This document shows positions 37,075 through 50,497 of a stretch of DNA of 64,000 nt, piece by piece; within the stretch, counting starts at the first letter, position 1; every line of letters starts with the position of its first letter. The translations under genes were made by a program, and so were the position numbers. Location of the stretch: NCBI RefSeq assembly GCF_030384885.1, contig NZ_CP128613.1. One strand, given 5' to 3'. Source of the stretch: Escherichia coli (lineage in GTDB: Bacteria > Pseudomonadota > Gammaproteobacteria > Enterobacterales > Enterobacteriaceae). The notes beneath the pieces are model-generated. The model did not search any database. It was not told where the DNA came from and worked only from the letters and a program-made list of their open reading frames with translations.

Positions 37075-37227
37075 CTACTTCTTCGGTTCGTAAGCGAGAA
37101 CAGCCCTGAACTCAATATTACGTTCCTTTACGGTGAACTCACACAGCGAGTCGCCGACCAGAAGCGTAAATCCCAGCACTGTCAAACACAGCACTATGAC
37201 CGCCACAAGGGCATATTTCGTCAGCAT
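37075..37227 (-). CDS. Hok-family membrane toxin (copy 1)
   Basis: 50-aa [50 protein letters not shown]; ATG verified at 37225-37227 (cat on plus strand). Confidence 0.78.
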   Translation of the reverse strand: MLTKYALVAVIVLCLTVLGFTLLVGDSLCEFTVKERNIEFRAVLAYEPKK

Positions 37228-37576
37228 GTTTATATTGCCTCCATGCGAAGAAGGGACTACCATCCAAATTGTCTGGTTTGGAGTGGCGGCCCCAGGGTTG
37301 ATAGAAATATCTCCTGGGGCTTCATCTTTCCAGACCTCAGAGTTAACCTGAAACCGGAAAGCTTCAGGCACCCGCCGTTATCTTACCCTTCCTTAGCAAA
37401 ATGGCTGTTTATTTATACAGTAAATCCTGTTCCGGACTTTTCATTAGTATTATCGCCCATGCCAGTTAAACGAAATCGCCCGCAGCCATTGCTGACCGCG
37501 GGCGAAAATGTAAAGCAGGTGCCTTACCATCCTGACCTGACAACCGGATATGCGGGGATTACTCCCCGCACAACGG

Positions 37577-37729
37577 CTACTTCTTCGGTTCGTAAGCGAG
37601 AACAGCCCTGAACTCAATATTACGTTCCTTTACGGTGAACTCACACAGCGAGTCGCCGACCAGAAGCGTAAATCCCAGCACTGTCAAACACAGCACTATG
37701 ACCGCCACAAGGGCATATTTCGTCAGCAT
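37577..37729 (-). CDS. Hok-family membrane toxin (copy 2)
   Basis: identical 50-aa Hok sequence, one repeat period downstream of copy 1. Confidence 0.78.
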   Translation of the reverse strand: MLTKYALVAVIVLCLTVLGFTLLVGDSLCEFTVKERNIEFRAVLAYEPKK

Positions 37730-37874
37730 GTTTATATTGCCTCCATGCGAAGAAGGGACTACCATCCGAGTTGTTGAGGTTCGGAGTGGCAGCCCCAGGG
37801 TTGATAGAAATATCTCCTGGGGCTTCATCTTTCCAGACCTCAGAGTAAACCTGAAACCGGAAAGCTTCAGGCAC
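37641..37874 (-). CDS. mok-like overlapping reading frame (copy 2)
   Basis: 77-codon ORF overlapping the hok start in a different frame, as for mok in hok/sok loci. Confidence 0.45.
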   Translation of the reverse strand: MPEAFRFQVYSEVWKDEAPGDISINPGAATPNLNNSDGSPFFAWRQYKHADEICPCGGHSAVFDSAGIYASGRRLAV

Positions 37875-38079
37875 CCGCCGTTATCTTACCCTTCCTTAGC
37901 AAAATAGCTGTTTATTTATACAGTAAATCCTGTTTCGGACTTCTGTTGGCAAAACTGATCATTGCCCTTAAAACGACATCGCCCGCAGCCATCACTGACC
38001 GCGGGCGAAAGTGTAAAGCAGATGCCTTACCATCCTGACCTGACAACCGGATATGCGGGGATTGCTCCCCGCACAACGG

Positions 38080-38232
38080 CTACTTCTTCGGTTCGTAAGC
38101 GAGAACAGCCTTAAACTCAATATTACGTTCCTTCACCGTAAACTCACACAGCGAGTCTCCGACCAGAAGCGTAAATCCCAGCACCGTCAAACACAGCACT
38201 ATGACTGCCACAAGGGCATATTTCGTCAGCAT
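38080..38232 (-). CDS. hokE: Hok-family membrane toxin (copy 3, ybdK-proximal)
   Basis: 50-aa Hok with ...[14 protein letters not shown]; occupies the hokE position next to ybdK. Confidence 0.82.
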   Translation of the reverse strand: MLTKYALVAVIVLCLTVLGFTLLVGDSLCEFTVKERNIEFKAVLAYEPKK

Positions 38233-38377
38233 GTTTATATTGCCTCCATGCGAAGAAGGGACTACCATCCAAATTGTTCGGGTTTGGAGTGGCAGCCCCA
38301 GGGTTGATAGAAATATCTCCTGGGGCTTCATCTTTCCAGTCCTCAGAGTAAACCTGAAACCGGAAAGCTTCAGGCAC
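38144..38377 (-). CDS. mok-like overlapping reading frame (copy 3)
   Basis: 77-codon ORF overlapping the hok start, paralogous to copy 2. Confidence 0.45.
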   Translation of the reverse strand: MPEAFRFQVYSEDWKDEAPGDISINPGAATPNPNNLDGSPFFAWRQYKHADEICPCGSHSAVFDGAGIYASGRRLAV

Positions 38378-38673
38378 CCGCCGTTATCTTACCCTTCCTT
38401 AGCAAAATGGCTGTTTATTTATACAGTTGGTCTTATTTCGGACTTCTCACTACGCATTAGATCAACCGAAACTAAGCCAGTTTTTCCTTCGCCCCTCAAT
38501 CGTCAAAATTCTCCGCCGCCAGCCAGCTCTGCCATAACTTGGCACATTGCAAAAGTAGCCAAACTTCTTCAGTCACAATCAGTTCACCATCTCCAAAAAA
38601 AGAAATATTCCAGAACTTCCGCATCTCCCCCGGCCGCTCCCACTTCTATACTGAAATGAAAACGCCAACATAA

Positions 38674-39801
<1,128 letters not shown>

Positions 39802-39866
39802 GTCGGGAATTGCCTTACAGAAGAATATCCCTGACAATGGTGTTTTAACTTACATTTAACAATGTT

Positions 39867-40115
39867 ATGAAACACCCTTTAGAAACCTTAACCACCGCAG
39901 CAGGCATTTTGCTGATGGCTTTCCTCTCTTGCCTGCTGCTGCCCGCCCCCGCACTGGGACTGACGCTGGCACAAAAACTGGTGAACACGTTCCATCTGAT
40001 GGATCTTAGCCAGCTTTACACTTTATTGTTTTGCCTGTGGTTTTTAGTGCTGGGCGCAATTGAGTATTTTGTTCTGCGCTTTATCTGGCGACGCTGGTTC
40101 TCTGCGGCGGACTAA
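39867..40115 (+). CDS. ybdJ: small inner-membrane protein (DUF1158)
   Basis: 82-aa hydrophobic ORF recognised as YbdJ. Confidence 0.78.
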   Translation: MKHPLETLTTAAGILLMAFLSCLLLPAPALGLTLAQKLVNTFHLMDLSQLYTLLFCLWFLVLGAIEYFVLRFIWRRWFSAAD

Positions 40116-40179
40116 ACGTCGATTATCACCGTACTTCACGGCATACTTTGCTTATTCTCCTTCGCCTAAAGGAACGTTT

Positions 40180-40548
40180 ATGGATAAGCAATCACTGCAC
40201 GAAACGGCGAAACGCCTGGCCCTTGAGTTACCCTTTGTCGAGCTTTGCTGGCCTTTTGGCCCGGAGTTCGATGTCTTTAAAGTTGGCGGCAAGATTTTTA
40301 TGCTGTCGTCGGAGCTGCGCGGCGTCCCCTTTATCAATTTGAAGTCCGATCCACAAAAATCCCTGTTAAATCAGCAGATATACCCGAGCATTAAGCCAGG
40401 GTATCACATGAATAAGAAGCACTGGATTTCAGTGTATCCCGGCGAGGAAATCTCCGAAGCGTTACTTAGCGATCTGATCAACGATTCGTGGAATCTGGTG
40501 GTTGATGGCTTATCTAAACGCGATCAAAAAAGAGTGCGCCCAGACTAA
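40180..40548 (+). CDS. ybdF: DUF419/MmcQ-YjbR family protein
   Basis: ORF recognised as YbdF; start at [14 protein letters not shown] (122 aa). Confidence 0.8.
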   Translation: MDKQSLHETAKRLALELPFVELCWPFGPEFDVFKVGGKIFMLSSELRGVPFINLKSDPQKSLLNQQIYPSIKPGYHMNKKHWISVYPGEEISEALLSDLINDSWNLVVDGLSKRDQKRVRPD

Positions 40549-40642
40549 AAGCGAAAATCTATAGCGCATTTTTCTCGCTTACCATTTCTCGTTGAACCTT
40601 GTAATCTGCTGGCACGCAAAATTACTTACACATGGAGTCTTT

Positions 40643-41296
40643 ATGGATATCATTTCTGTCGCCTTAAAGCGTCATTCCACTAAGGCATTTGATGCCAGCA
40701 AAAAACTTACCCCGGAACAGGCCGAGCAGATCAAAACGCTGCTGCAGTACAGCCCATCCAGCACCAACTCCCAGCCGTGGCATTTTATTGTTGCCAGCAC
40801 GGAAGAAGGCAAAGCGCGTGTTGCCAAATCCGCTGCCGATAATTACGTGTTCAACGAGCGCAAAATGCTTGATGCCTCGCACGTCGTGGTGTTCTGCGCG
40901 AAAACCGCGATGGACGATGCCTGGCTGAAACAGGTTGTTGACCAGGAAGATGCCGATGGCCGCTTTGCCACGCAGGAAGCGAAAGCCGCGAACGATAAAG
41001 GTCGCAAATTCTTCGCCGATATGCACCGTAAAGATCTGCAAGATGATGCTGAGTGGATGGCAAAACAGGTTTACCTCAACGTCGGTAACTTCCTGCTGGG
41101 CGTTGCGGCGCTGGGTCTGGACGCGGTACCCATCGAAGGTTTTGACGCCGCAATCCTCGATGAAGAATTCGGTTTGAAAGAGAAAGGCTACACCAGCCTG
41201 GTGGTGGTTCCAGTGGGCCATCATAGCGTAGAGGATTTTAACGCGACTCTGCCGAAATCTCGTCTGCCGCAAAGTATCACCTTAACCGAAGTGTAA
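40643..41296 (+). CDS. nfsB: oxygen-insensitive NAD(P)H nitroreductase
   Basis: ORF recognised as NfsB; start at [17 protein letters not shown] (217 aa) with GGAG RBS. Confidence 0.92.
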   Translation: MDIISVALKRHSTKAFDASKKLTPEQAEQIKTLLQYSPSSTNSQPWHFIVASTEEGKARVAKSAADNYVFNERKMLDASHVVVFCAKTAMDDAWLKQVVDQEDADGRFATQEAKAANDKGRKFFADMHRKDLQDDAEWMAKQVYLNVGNFLLGVAALGLDAVPIEGFDAAILDEEFGLKEKGYTSLVVVPVGHHSVEDFNATLPKSRLPQSITLTEV

Positions 41297-41355
41297 TTCT
41301 CCTTTGCCGGGCATCCGCCCGGCTATTTCCCCTCAGATTATCCTGATTTGCATAA

Positions 41356-42651
<1,296 letters not shown>

Positions 42652-42653
42652 TT

Positions 42654-42690
42654 AAAAAACCGCTCTCATCGAATGGATGAGAGCGGTTTA
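42654..42690. terminator. bidirectional intrinsic terminator between convergent mscM and pheP
   Basis: A-run, 11-bp stem ccgctctcatc / gatgagagcgg with 5-nt loop, then T-rich. Confidence 0.6.
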
Positions 42691-42730
42691 GGATGGTTGA
42701 CATCGTTTTGTCGGATGTAGCGTGAACGCC

Positions 42731-44107
42731 TTATTTCCGACGCAGCGTTTTAAACGCCACAAACAGGAATACAATCCACACCGGCAGCAAAATTGCCGAC
42801 AAGCGCATATCATCCAACGTGCACATCAGCAGCAAAATCATGCCGAGGAAGGCAATGCAGAGATAGTTGCCGAACGGATAGAGCAGCGCTTTAAACTGTG
42901 TTTCTCGCCCCTGACGTCGCATCGCCGCGCGAAAACGCAGATGCGCCAGACAGATCATAATCCAGTTCAACAGCAGCGTTGCCACCACCAGCGCCATCAG
43001 CAGACCAAACGCTTTTTGCGGCAGCAGATAGTTGATCAGCACCACCAGCGAAGTGATAGCCCCAGAAAGCATCAGCGAGTTAATCGGCACGCCGCGACGG
43101 CTGACGCGAGTCAAAAACTTCGGCGCATTACCCTGCACAGAAAGGCCAAACAGCATGCGGCTGTTGGAATAAACCCCACTGTTATAGACCGACAACGATG
43201 CCACCAGAATGACGAAGTTCAGCGCAGAAGCCACCACATTGCTGTCAAGATTATGGAAAATCATCACAAACGGGCTACTGTTAGATTTCACTTCCACCCA
43301 CGGATAGAGCGCCAGTAAAACCACCAGTGAACCGATATAAAACAGCAGGATGCGATAAACCACCTGATTTACCGCTTTTGGAATACTTTTTTCCGGATCG
43401 CGCGCTTCAGCGGCAGTAATCCCAATCAGCTCCAGCCCGCCGAAGGAAAACATGATCACCGCCAGGGACAAAATCAGCCCATTCCAGCCCGTGGCGAAGA
43501 AACCACCGTAGCGCCAGAGGTTGTCGATACTGGCTTTCTCACCGCCGTGACCAGAAAACAGCAGCCACAGGCCAAAGCCGATCATACCGATGATCGCCAA
43601 CACTTTAATCAGCGCAAACCAGAACTCAGTTTCGCCATATAAGCGCACGTTCACCAGGTTAACAGCATTGATGATAATAAAGAAGGCGGCAGCCCAGATC
43701 CACGTTGGAACATCCGGGAACCAGTACTGCATATAGATGCCCGCAGCGGTCAGCTCAGCCATCCCCACCAGTACGAACATCACCCAGTAGTTCCAGCCTG
43801 AGAGGAAGCCCGCAAACGGTCCCCAGTATTTATAGGCAAAGTGGGCAAACGAACCGGATACCGGCTCCTCAACCACCATCTCGCCAAGCTGGCGCATAAT
43901 CAGGAAAGCAATGATCCCGGCGACGCCGTAGCCCAACAATACAGCCGGACCTGCCATCTGAATCGCCGGGCCAATGCCAAGAAACAGACCAGTACCAATA
44001 GCGCCACCCAGCGCAATCAGTTGAATATGACGGTTATGTAATCCGCGATGAAGCGTCGGCTCTTTATTCGACGCAGTATCTTCCGATACGGTTGACGCGT
44101 TTTTCAC
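42731..44107 (-). CDS. pheP: phenylalanine-specific permease (APC family)
   Basis: ORF recognised as PheP; start placed at (V/M)KNASTVSEDTAS (458 aa, GTG); an alternative upstream ATG lies at 44143. Confidence 0.9.
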   Translation of the reverse strand: MKNASTVSEDTASNKEPTLHRGLHNRHIQLIALGGAIGTGLFLGIGPAIQMAGPAVLLGYGVAGIIAFLIMRQLGEMVVEEPVSGSFAHFAYKYWGPFAGFLSGWNYWVMFVLVGMAELTAAGIYMQYWFPDVPTWIWAAAFFIIINAVNLVNVRLYGETEFWFALIKVLAIIGMIGFGLWLLFSGHGGEKASIDNLWRYGGFFATGWNGLILSLAVIMFSFGGLELIGITAAEARDPEKSIPKAVNQVVYRILLFYIGSLVVLLALYPWVEVKSNSSPFVMIFHNLDSNVVASALNFVILVASLSVYNSGVYSNSRMLFGLSVQGNAPKFLTRVSRRGVPINSLMLSGAITSLVVLINYLLPQKAFGLLMALVVATLLLNWIMICLAHLRFRAAMRRQGRETQFKALLYPFGNYLCIAFLGMILLLMCTLDDMRLSAILLPVWIVFLFVAFKTLRRK

Positions 44108-44208
44108 GCCTTTCCCCTGTGTGTCTTTTTTGTTGAGGGGCACCTTTTAACATTTAGTGCCCATCGTCGCAAGACACAATCCACGCGGTTAAACCGGGTA
44201 TCCTGCTT

Positions 44209-47200
44209 TTATTTCCGTACCCGATGTCGGTGCAGCCACATCAGCTTATACGCCGCCGGGATAATAAACAGCGACAGCAAAGGTGCGGTGATCATGCCGC
44301 CAATCATCGGCGCGGCAATCCGGCTCATCACCTCTGAACCTGCCCCCGTTCCCCACAAAATCGGCAGCAGACCCGCGATAATCACCGCCACCGTCATCGC
44401 TTTCGGGCGCACGCGCAGTACCGCGCCGTGATATAACGCTTCATCCAGCTTCTGCTCGCTGAATGTTTGCGGGTTATCCAGGGATGGCTCTGCCTCTATG
44501 GCGTGACGTAAATACATCAGCATCACCACGCCAAATTCGGCGGCGACTCCCGCGAGGGCGATAAAGCCAGTGCCCGTTGCCACGGAAAGATGAAAGCCCA
44601 TCCACCACAGCAACCAGATGCCGCCCACCAGCGCAAACGGTACGCTGCTGATAATCAGCAACGCTTCGCCCACGCGACGGAACGCCAGATACAACAGCAC
44701 GAAGATGATCATCAACGTCATCGGCACCATGAGTTTCAGCTTATGGTTGGCGCGCTCCAGTAGCTCGAACTGCCCGGAGAATGCCACGCTGGTGCCCGGT
44801 TTTAACTGCACTTTCTCGGCAATCGCTTTTTGCAAATCGTGAACCACCGACACCATGTCACGATCGCGGGCATCGATATAAATCCAGCTCGTCGGGCGCG
44901 CATTCTCGGTTTTCAGCATCGACGGTCCAGTGGAGACTTTAACGTCGGCCACATCCGCCAGGGTGATTTGCTGCTTCATCGGCGTCAGGATCGGTAGCTG
45001 GCGCAGCGCCTGTGGGCTATCGCGCCAGCTTTGCGGATAACGCAGATTAATTGGATAACGGGCAATCCCTTCCACCGTTTCACCAACCATCGCCCCGCCC
45101 ACCGCAGATGTCACAAACAACTGCACATCCGCCACCGTCATACCGTAACGGGCGGCTTTTTCACGGTTGATCTCAACGTTGATATAGCGCCCACCTTCCA
45201 GACGTTCAGCAAGGGCTGAAGCCACGCCTGGCACCGTTCGCGCCACTTCTTCAATTTGCTCCGCCATCGCGTCGATATCCGCCAGCACAGTGCCGGAAAC
45301 TTTAATGCCGATGGGGCTTTTAATGCCAGTCGAGAGCATATCGATACGGTTACGGATTGGCGGCACCCACAGATTCGCCAGCCCCGGCAGACGCACGGTG
45401 TTGTCCAGTTCCTCAATGATTTTGTCCATCGTCATGCCTGGCCGCCACTGATCCTGTGGCTTAAGCTGAATGGTCGTTTCTACCATCTCCAGCGGAGCAG
45501 AATCGGTGGCGGTTTCCGCTTTCCCGGTTTTGCCAAACACCCGCGCCACTTCCGGCACGCTCATAATCAGCTTGTCGGTTTTTTGCAGCATACTCGCCGC
45601 CTCTGCTGCGGAAATCCCCGGCAGCGTCGATGGCATATACAACAAGTCGCCTTCATTGATCTGCGGTAAAAATTCTCCGCCAACTTTATTGAGCGGCCAG
45701 AGAACCGTCAGTACCGAAAGCGCCGCCACCAACAGCGTGGTTTTAGGCCAGTGCAGTACTTTCAGCAACAGCGGATGATAAACACGAATCAAAAAGCGAT
45801 TGAGCGGATTACTGCTTTCTGGTGGAATTTTGCCACGGATCCAGTAGCCCATCAGGATGGGGATCACTACGATCGCCAGCAGCGCCGCGCCCGCCATCGC
45901 ATACGTTTTGGTGAACGCCAGCGGGCCAAACAGACGCCCTTCCTGCCCTTCCAGGGTGAAGATCGGGATAAACGACAGCGTGATAATCAGCAGACTGATA
46001 AACAGCGCTGGCCCCACTTCAACAGATGCATCGGTGATCACCTGCCAGCGCGTTTTATTATCCAGCGTGGCGTCAGGATGCTGGTGCTGCCACTCTTCCA
46101 GCCGTTTATGCGCATTCTCGATCATGACGATAGCGGCATCGACCATCGCCCCGACGGCAATCGCAATACCGCCCAGCGACATAATATTGGCATTCAGCCC
46201 CTGGAAGTGCATGATAATAAAAGCAATACACAACCCCAGCGGCAACGAAATAATCGCCACCAGTGCCGAGCGCACATGCCAGAGAAACAGCGCGCAGACA
46301 ACCGCCACCACAATAAACTCTTCCAGCAACTTGCTGCTGAGGTTGTCGATGGCGCGGTCAATGAGCTGGCTGCGATCGTATGTTGTAACTATCTCCACGC
46401 CTTCCGGCAGACTGCTTTTCAGCGTTTCCAGTTTGTCCTTCACGGCGGCGATCACTTCACGGGCGTTTTTGCCGGAGCGCAGGATCACCACCCCGCCCGC
46501 CACTTCGCCTTCACCATTGAGTTCGGCAATGCCCCGGCGCATCTCCGGGCCAATCTGGACCTTCGCAACATCACGCAGATAAACGGGCACGCCATTTTCG
46601 CTGGCTTTTAAAACGATGTGATTAAAGTCGTCGAGCGTTTGCAGATAGCCGCTGGCGCGCACCATATATTCCGCTTCCGCCAGTTCGATCGACGAACCGC
46701 CCGCTTCCTGGTTTGAAGCATCCAGCGCATTTTTCACTTCGGCGAGACTGATGCCATACTGCGCCAGGCGCTGAGGATCGATAACCACCTGATACTCTTT
46801 CACCACACCGCCCACCGACGCCACTTCCGCAACGTCAGGGATGGTTTTCAGCTCATATTTGAGAAACCAGTCCTGCAATGAACGTAAATCGGCCAGATCG
46901 TGCTTACCGCTGCGATCCACCAGCGCGTATTCATAGATCCAGCCAACACCCGTGGCATCTGGCCCCAACTCGGCGCTGACTCCCGCAGGCAGCTTACCCT
47001 GTACCTGGTTGAGGTACTCCAGCACCCGCGAGCGCGCCCAGTACGGATCGGTGCCATCTTCGAAAATGACATATACATAAGAGTCGCCAAACTGCGAGAA
47101 ACCGCGCACAGTCTTCGCGCCAGGTACTGACAACATGGTGGTGGTTAGTGGATAAGTCAACTGATTTTCAACGATTTGCGGTGCCTGACCGGGATAGCTG

Positions 47201-47352
47201 GTTTTAATAATCACCTGCACATCGGAGAGATCCGGCAGCGCATCCACTGGCGTGTTAATGATAGTCCAGGTGCCCCAGATACTCAGAAACAACGCGCCGA
47301 TCAGCACCAGAAAACGGTTCGCCACCGAGCGACGAATAATCCATTCAATCAT
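44209..47352 (-). CDS. cusA: Cu(I)/Ag(I) efflux RND transporter
   Basis: 1047-aa RND pump recognised as CusA. Confidence 0.95.
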   Translation of the reverse strand: MIEWIIRRSVANRFLVLIGALFLSIWGTWTIINTPVDALPDLSDVQVIIKTSYPGQAPQIVENQLTYPLTTTMLSVPGAKTVRGFSQFGDSYVYVIFEDGTDPYWARSRVLEYLNQVQGKLPAGVSAELGPDATGVGWIYEYALVDRSGKHDLADLRSLQDWFLKYELKTIPDVAEVASVGGVVKEYQVVIDPQRLAQYGISLAEVKNALDASNQEAGGSSIELAEAEYMVRASGYLQTLDDFNHIVLKASENGVPVYLRDVAKVQIGPEMRRGIAELNGEGEVAGGVVILRSGKNAREVIAAVKDKLETLKSSLPEGVEIVTTYDRSQLIDRAIDNLSSKLLEEFIVVAVVCALFLWHVRSALVAIISLPLGLCIAFIIMHFQGLNANIMSLGGIAIAVGAMVDAAIVMIENAHKRLEEWQHQHPDATLDNKTRWQVITDASVEVGPALFISLLIITLSFIPIFTLEGQEGRLFGPLAFTKTYAMAGAALLAIVVIPILMGYWIRGKIPPESSNPLNRFLIRVYHPLLLKVLHWPKTTLLVAALSVLTVLWPLNKVGGEFLPQINEGDLLYMPSTLPGISAAEAASMLQKTDKLIMSVPEVARVFGKTGKAETATDSAPLEMVETTIQLKPQDQWRPGMTMDKIIEELDNTVRLPGLANLWVPPIRNRIDMLSTGIKSPIGIKVSGTVLADIDAMAEQIEEVARTVPGVASALAERLEGGRYINVEINREKAARYGMTVADVQLFVTSAVGGAMVGETVEGIARYPINLRYPQSWRDSPQALRQLPILTPMKQQITLADVADVKVSTGPSMLKTENARPTSWIYIDARDRDMVSVVHDLQKAIAEKVQLKPGTSVAFSGQFELLERANHKLKLMVPMTLMIIFVLLYLAFRRVGEALLIISSVPFALVGGIWLLWWMGFHLSVATGTGFIALAGVAAEFGVVMLMYLRHAIEAEPSLDNPQTFSEQKLDEALYHGAVLRVRPKAMTVAVIIAGLLPILWGTGAGSEVMSRIAAPMIGGMITAPLLSLFIIPAAYKLMWLHRHRVRK

Positions 47353-47363
47353 TGGTTATTCCC

Positions 47364-48587
47364 TCAATGCGCATGGGTAGCACTTTCAGAGCGCATCCGC
47401 TCCAGTGCGCCAGAAATATTGGCTTCAGAATCAATCAGGAACAGGCCGCTGGAAACCACCTTTTCACCTTCCGCCAGACCAGAACGTAGCGCGGTGACGC
47501 CTTGCGACGCCTGGAAAACAGCAACGCGTTTCGGTACAAAGCGCCCGTCGGCATCAACGGTAATCACCCGCTGTTCGTTACCAGTATCAATCAGTGCCTG
47601 TGACGGAATGAGCAGCATCGGTTCGCTGGCGGTGTTGAGTTGCAACCAGGCGTTCATTCCCGGTTTTAGCGCCTCGTCGGCGTTGTCGACTTCCAGACGC
47701 AGTTGTAGCGTGCGGGTCGCGGCATCCACGCCAGGTAGCAGCGTCCATTTGCGGATGGTGAGTGTTTTATCCGGTCGTGCCGGAACGGTGAGCGTAAACT
47801 GCGAGGCATCTTTCACCAGCCAGGCGATGGACTCCGGGATCGCTGCAGTGACCCACACCGGGTCCATACCCTGAATTTTCGCGACCACGTTATCTTTGGC
47901 GATATTCATTCCCGCACGCAGATCAAACGCGGTGATCACGCCATCAATGGGCGCTTTGAGCGTAAAGCGAGTCTGGATTTTTTGCGTGGCGATCAGGCGG
48001 CGAATATCCGCCTCCGGCATTCCCGCCAGCCGCAGGCGTTCAAGAATGCCTTCAGTCTGGGTCGCCGTACCGCCGGTTTCGCGCAGCAGTAAATACTCAC
48101 TCTGCGCTTCCACCCAGTCGGGAATGGTCAGGTCGAGAAGCGGTGTGCCCTTTTGCACTTTATCGCCCACGGTGAGCGGATACACCTTGTCGATAAACCC
48201 GGCGGCGCGGGCCTGCACAATGGCAAACTGATACTCGTTGTAACTGACATTCGCTGGGAAACTCTGGGCAAAAGTCAGCGGCCCGCGCGTGACGGTCGCC
48301 GTTTTCACCCCCAGATTTTGCGTCTGGGTCGGGTCAATGCGCACACCAGACGCAGAACTCTCTTCATCGGCATATTTCGGCACCAGATCCATATCCATAA
48401 ACGGCGATTTACCTGGTTTATCGAACCGCGTATTGGGATACATCGGGTCGTACCAGAATAATATTTTACGTTCTGCGGTCGGCGTTTTTTCTGCGGGCGG
48501 TTCAGCCTTTGCAAACCAGGTAAAACCTGCCGCAGAAATAATACCGCCCGCGATCATGCTGCCGATAATAAGCGCGATTTTTTTCAT
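47364..48587 (-). CDS. cusB: Cu(I)/Ag(I) efflux membrane fusion protein
   Basis: 407-aa ORF recognised as CusB. Confidence 0.93.
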   Translation of the reverse strand: MKKIALIIGSMIAGGIISAAGFTWFAKAEPPAEKTPTAERKILFWYDPMYPNTRFDKPGKSPFMDMDLVPKYADEESSASGVRIDPTQTQNLGVKTATVTRGPLTFAQSFPANVSYNEYQFAIVQARAAGFIDKVYPLTVGDKVQKGTPLLDLTIPDWVEAQSEYLLLRETGGTATQTEGILERLRLAGMPEADIRRLIATQKIQTRFTLKAPIDGVITAFDLRAGMNIAKDNVVAKIQGMDPVWVTAAIPESIAWLVKDASQFTLTVPARPDKTLTIRKWTLLPGVDAATRTLQLRLEVDNADEALKPGMNAWLQLNTASEPMLLIPSQALIDTGNEQRVITVDADGRFVPKRVAVFQASQGVTALRSGLAEGEKVVSSGLFLIDSEANISGALERMRSESATHAH

Positions 48588-48602
48588 CTCATTAAACCTG
48601 GG

Positions 48603-48935
48603 TTACTGGCTGACTTTAATATCCTGTAATAAAGAAAGGTTGCCCTGCTGGACAAAATTAAACGCTACTTTGTCGCCAGTTTTAATTTCACTCATTTTCG
48701 TCTGCGGGGTGATGGTAAAGCGCATGGTCATCTCCGGCCAGTTCACGGCGGCAATCGGATCGTGGTGGATGGTGATTTTTTTGCTTTCCAGATCAATAGT
48801 TTTTACCACACCGGTGGCGCTAATGACCTGTGGTTGTGCCTCGCTCATGGTTTCATGATGATGTTCGTTAGCCTGGGCATTAAAGCCAATAACAGTAAAC
48901 AGACTGAACATTGCGACTTGCAGTGCTTTTTTCAT
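48603..48935 (-). CDS. cusF: periplasmic Cu(I)/Ag(I) metallochaperone
   Basis: 110-aa ORF with signal peptide and His/Met-rich segment; recognised as CusF. Confidence 0.92.
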   Translation of the reverse strand: MKKALQVAMFSLFTVIGFNAQANEHHHETMSEAQPQVISATGVVKTIDLESKKITIHHDPIAAVNWPEMTMRFTITPQTKMSEIKTGDKVAFNFVQQGNLSLLQDIKVSQ

Positions 48936-48958
48936 TTATTCTCTCCTGAAGTTAAAAA

Positions 48959-50341
48959 TTATTGCTGCCAACCGCCCCCTAAGGCGGTATATAAAGAAAT
49001 TTCGTTAACCTGACGGGCATAATTCAGGTCGAGTAAAGTTTGTCGGGTTGCAAATAAGGAACGCTCGGCATCCAGCACTTCCAGATAACTTACCGCGCCG
49101 TGCTGATATAATGCCCGCGCCCGTTGCAACGTAATTTGCAGCGACGCCAGATAACGCTGCTGGGCGCTGATTTGATCGTTCAGGCTTTGACGTAATGCCA
49201 GCGCATCTGCCACTTCTTTAAAGGCGTTCTGAATTTTCTGTTCATAATTCACCACCGACTGCTGCTGGCGAATTTCGGCGATATCCAGATTGGCCTGGTT
49301 GCGTCCGGCATTAAAAATGGGGATCTGAATTTTGGGAATAAAATTCCACATCCCGCTGCTGGCGTTAAATAATGATGACAGATCGCTGCTGGCGGTTGAT
49401 ATTCCACTGGTCAGGCTTATAGACGGGAAAAATGCCGCACGCGCAGCACCAATATTGGCATTGGCCGCCATTAACGCGTGTTCAGCTTCCATAATATCCG
49501 GGCGCTGCAATAAGATTTGCGACGACAAGCCCGCCGGTAATTTAACGCTTTGCAGGCTGTCGCTGTTTACTGTCTGCGCTTGCGGCAGCTTGCCGTAGTT
49601 TCCCAATAACAGTTGCAATGCATTATTCGCCTGCGCCAGTTCCCCCTGACGTTTAGCGATATCACTGCGGGTACTTTCTATCACCCCGCGAGCCTGTTCC
49701 AGCGCCAGAACATTGCTGCTACCGGTCAACAGTTGTTTTTCAACAAACGCATATGACTGCTGATAATTACGCAGCGTTTCTTCGGCTATTTGTAATTGCG
49801 CATAAGCCAGTTGCTGATTGAAATAGCTTTGCGCGACATTAGAAACTAGCAGAATATGCACCGCGCGCTGAGCTTCCTCAGTGGCTAAATAATTTTGTCG
49901 CTCGGCTTCGCTCATGTTCTTTAAGCGACCGAAAAAATCGAGATCAAAGCTGGCGTTAAGGCCAGTCGAGAACTCCCGCGTCGTGGCTGAATCGCCTTTA
50001 AGATTGCCGCTCCAGCTGCCGCTACCCTCGCCATTGAGCTGCGGGTAGCGGTCGGCATCGGTCAGACGATATTGCGCCCGTGCCTCCTGCACTTTCAGTG
50101 TCGCCATGCGCAAATCCCGGTTATTCACCAGCGCCTCGCTAATCAGCGTCTTCACCTGATTATCAACAAAAAAGGTGCGCCAGCCCGCGTTCTGGTAGTT
50201 ATCTACCGCGTTAACCAGGCCGTTCTGGCTGAGTGAGAACTGCTGCGGCACGGGCATTGCCGGACGCTGATAATCCGGTGCCAGTGAACAACCGGTTAGC
50301 GCAAGGGCCACACAAAATGGCAGAAGTTTACAAGGAGACAT
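48959..50341 (-). CDS. cusC: Cu(I)/Ag(I) efflux outer membrane factor (lipoprotein)
   Basis: ORF recognised as CusC; start at MSPCKLLPFCVALALTGC lipobox; the ORF-track start at 50347 is a GTG two codons upstream. Confidence 0.9.
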   Translation of the reverse strand: MSPCKLLPFCVALALTGCSLAPDYQRPAMPVPQQFSLSQNGLVNAVDNYQNAGWRTFFVDNQVKTLISEALVNNRDLRMATLKVQEARAQYRLTDADRYPQLNGEGSGSWSGNLKGDSATTREFSTGLNASFDLDFFGRLKNMSEAERQNYLATEEAQRAVHILLVSNVAQSYFNQQLAYAQLQIAEETLRNYQQSYAFVEKQLLTGSSNVLALEQARGVIESTRSDIAKRQGELAQANNALQLLLGNYGKLPQAQTVNSDSLQSVKLPAGLSSQILLQRPDIMEAEHALMAANANIGAARAAFFPSISLTSGISTASSDLSSLFNASSGMWNFIPKIQIPIFNAGRNQANLDIAEIRQQQSVVNYEQKIQNAFKEVADALALRQSLNDQISAQQRYLASLQITLQRARALYQHGAVSYLEVLDAERSLFATRQTLLDLNYARQVNEISLYTALGGGWQQ

Positions 50342-50410
50342 AGGCACATAATTTCTGGTGATTTTATGCCGCCAACTTTACACGCCAGGCTCTGATTTTC
50401 CGGTGACAGG

Positions 50411-50432
50411 AAAATGACAAAATTGTCATTTT
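50411..50432. promoter_or_regulatory. CusR-box-like palindrome in divergent cusC / cusR promoter region
   Basis: aaaatgacaaaattgtcatttt is a perfect palindrome of the AAAATGACAA..TTGTCATTTT type. Confidence 0.6.
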
Positions 50433-50497
50433 GCCAATAAGCGATTGCCATCTGATCCCGCTACTCTAGAATTGCCCGGGCAACATGCGGAGGAAAT

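Larger units (their letters stand above)
36974..38481. repeat. three tandem, diverged ~503-bp hok/mok/sok-type toxin–antitoxin units
   Basis: unit starts at 36974, 37476 and 37979, each beginning with hairpin tcgcccgc-N14-gcgggcga; about 440 bp per unit near-identical, last ~60 bp divergent. Confidence 0.85.

Noticed and set aside
37048-38307. Plus-strand ORFs (187, 75 and 84 aa; [26 protein letters not shown]...) repeated three times across the hok array
   Set aside because: They are the antisense mirror of the hok/mok coding units and repeat only because the DNA repeats. The plus strand here more plausibly encodes the short Sok antisense RNAs than proteins.
42700-42745. REP-like sequence cggatgtagcgtgaacgccttat at the pheP 3' end
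   Set aside because: Only a partial REP match and it overlaps the last pheP codons; not confident enough to call a repeat element.
45751-46611. 286-aa and 241-aa plus-strand ORFs inside cusA
   Set aside because: Antisense to cusA; Arg/His/Gln-rich low-complexity products; no independent support.
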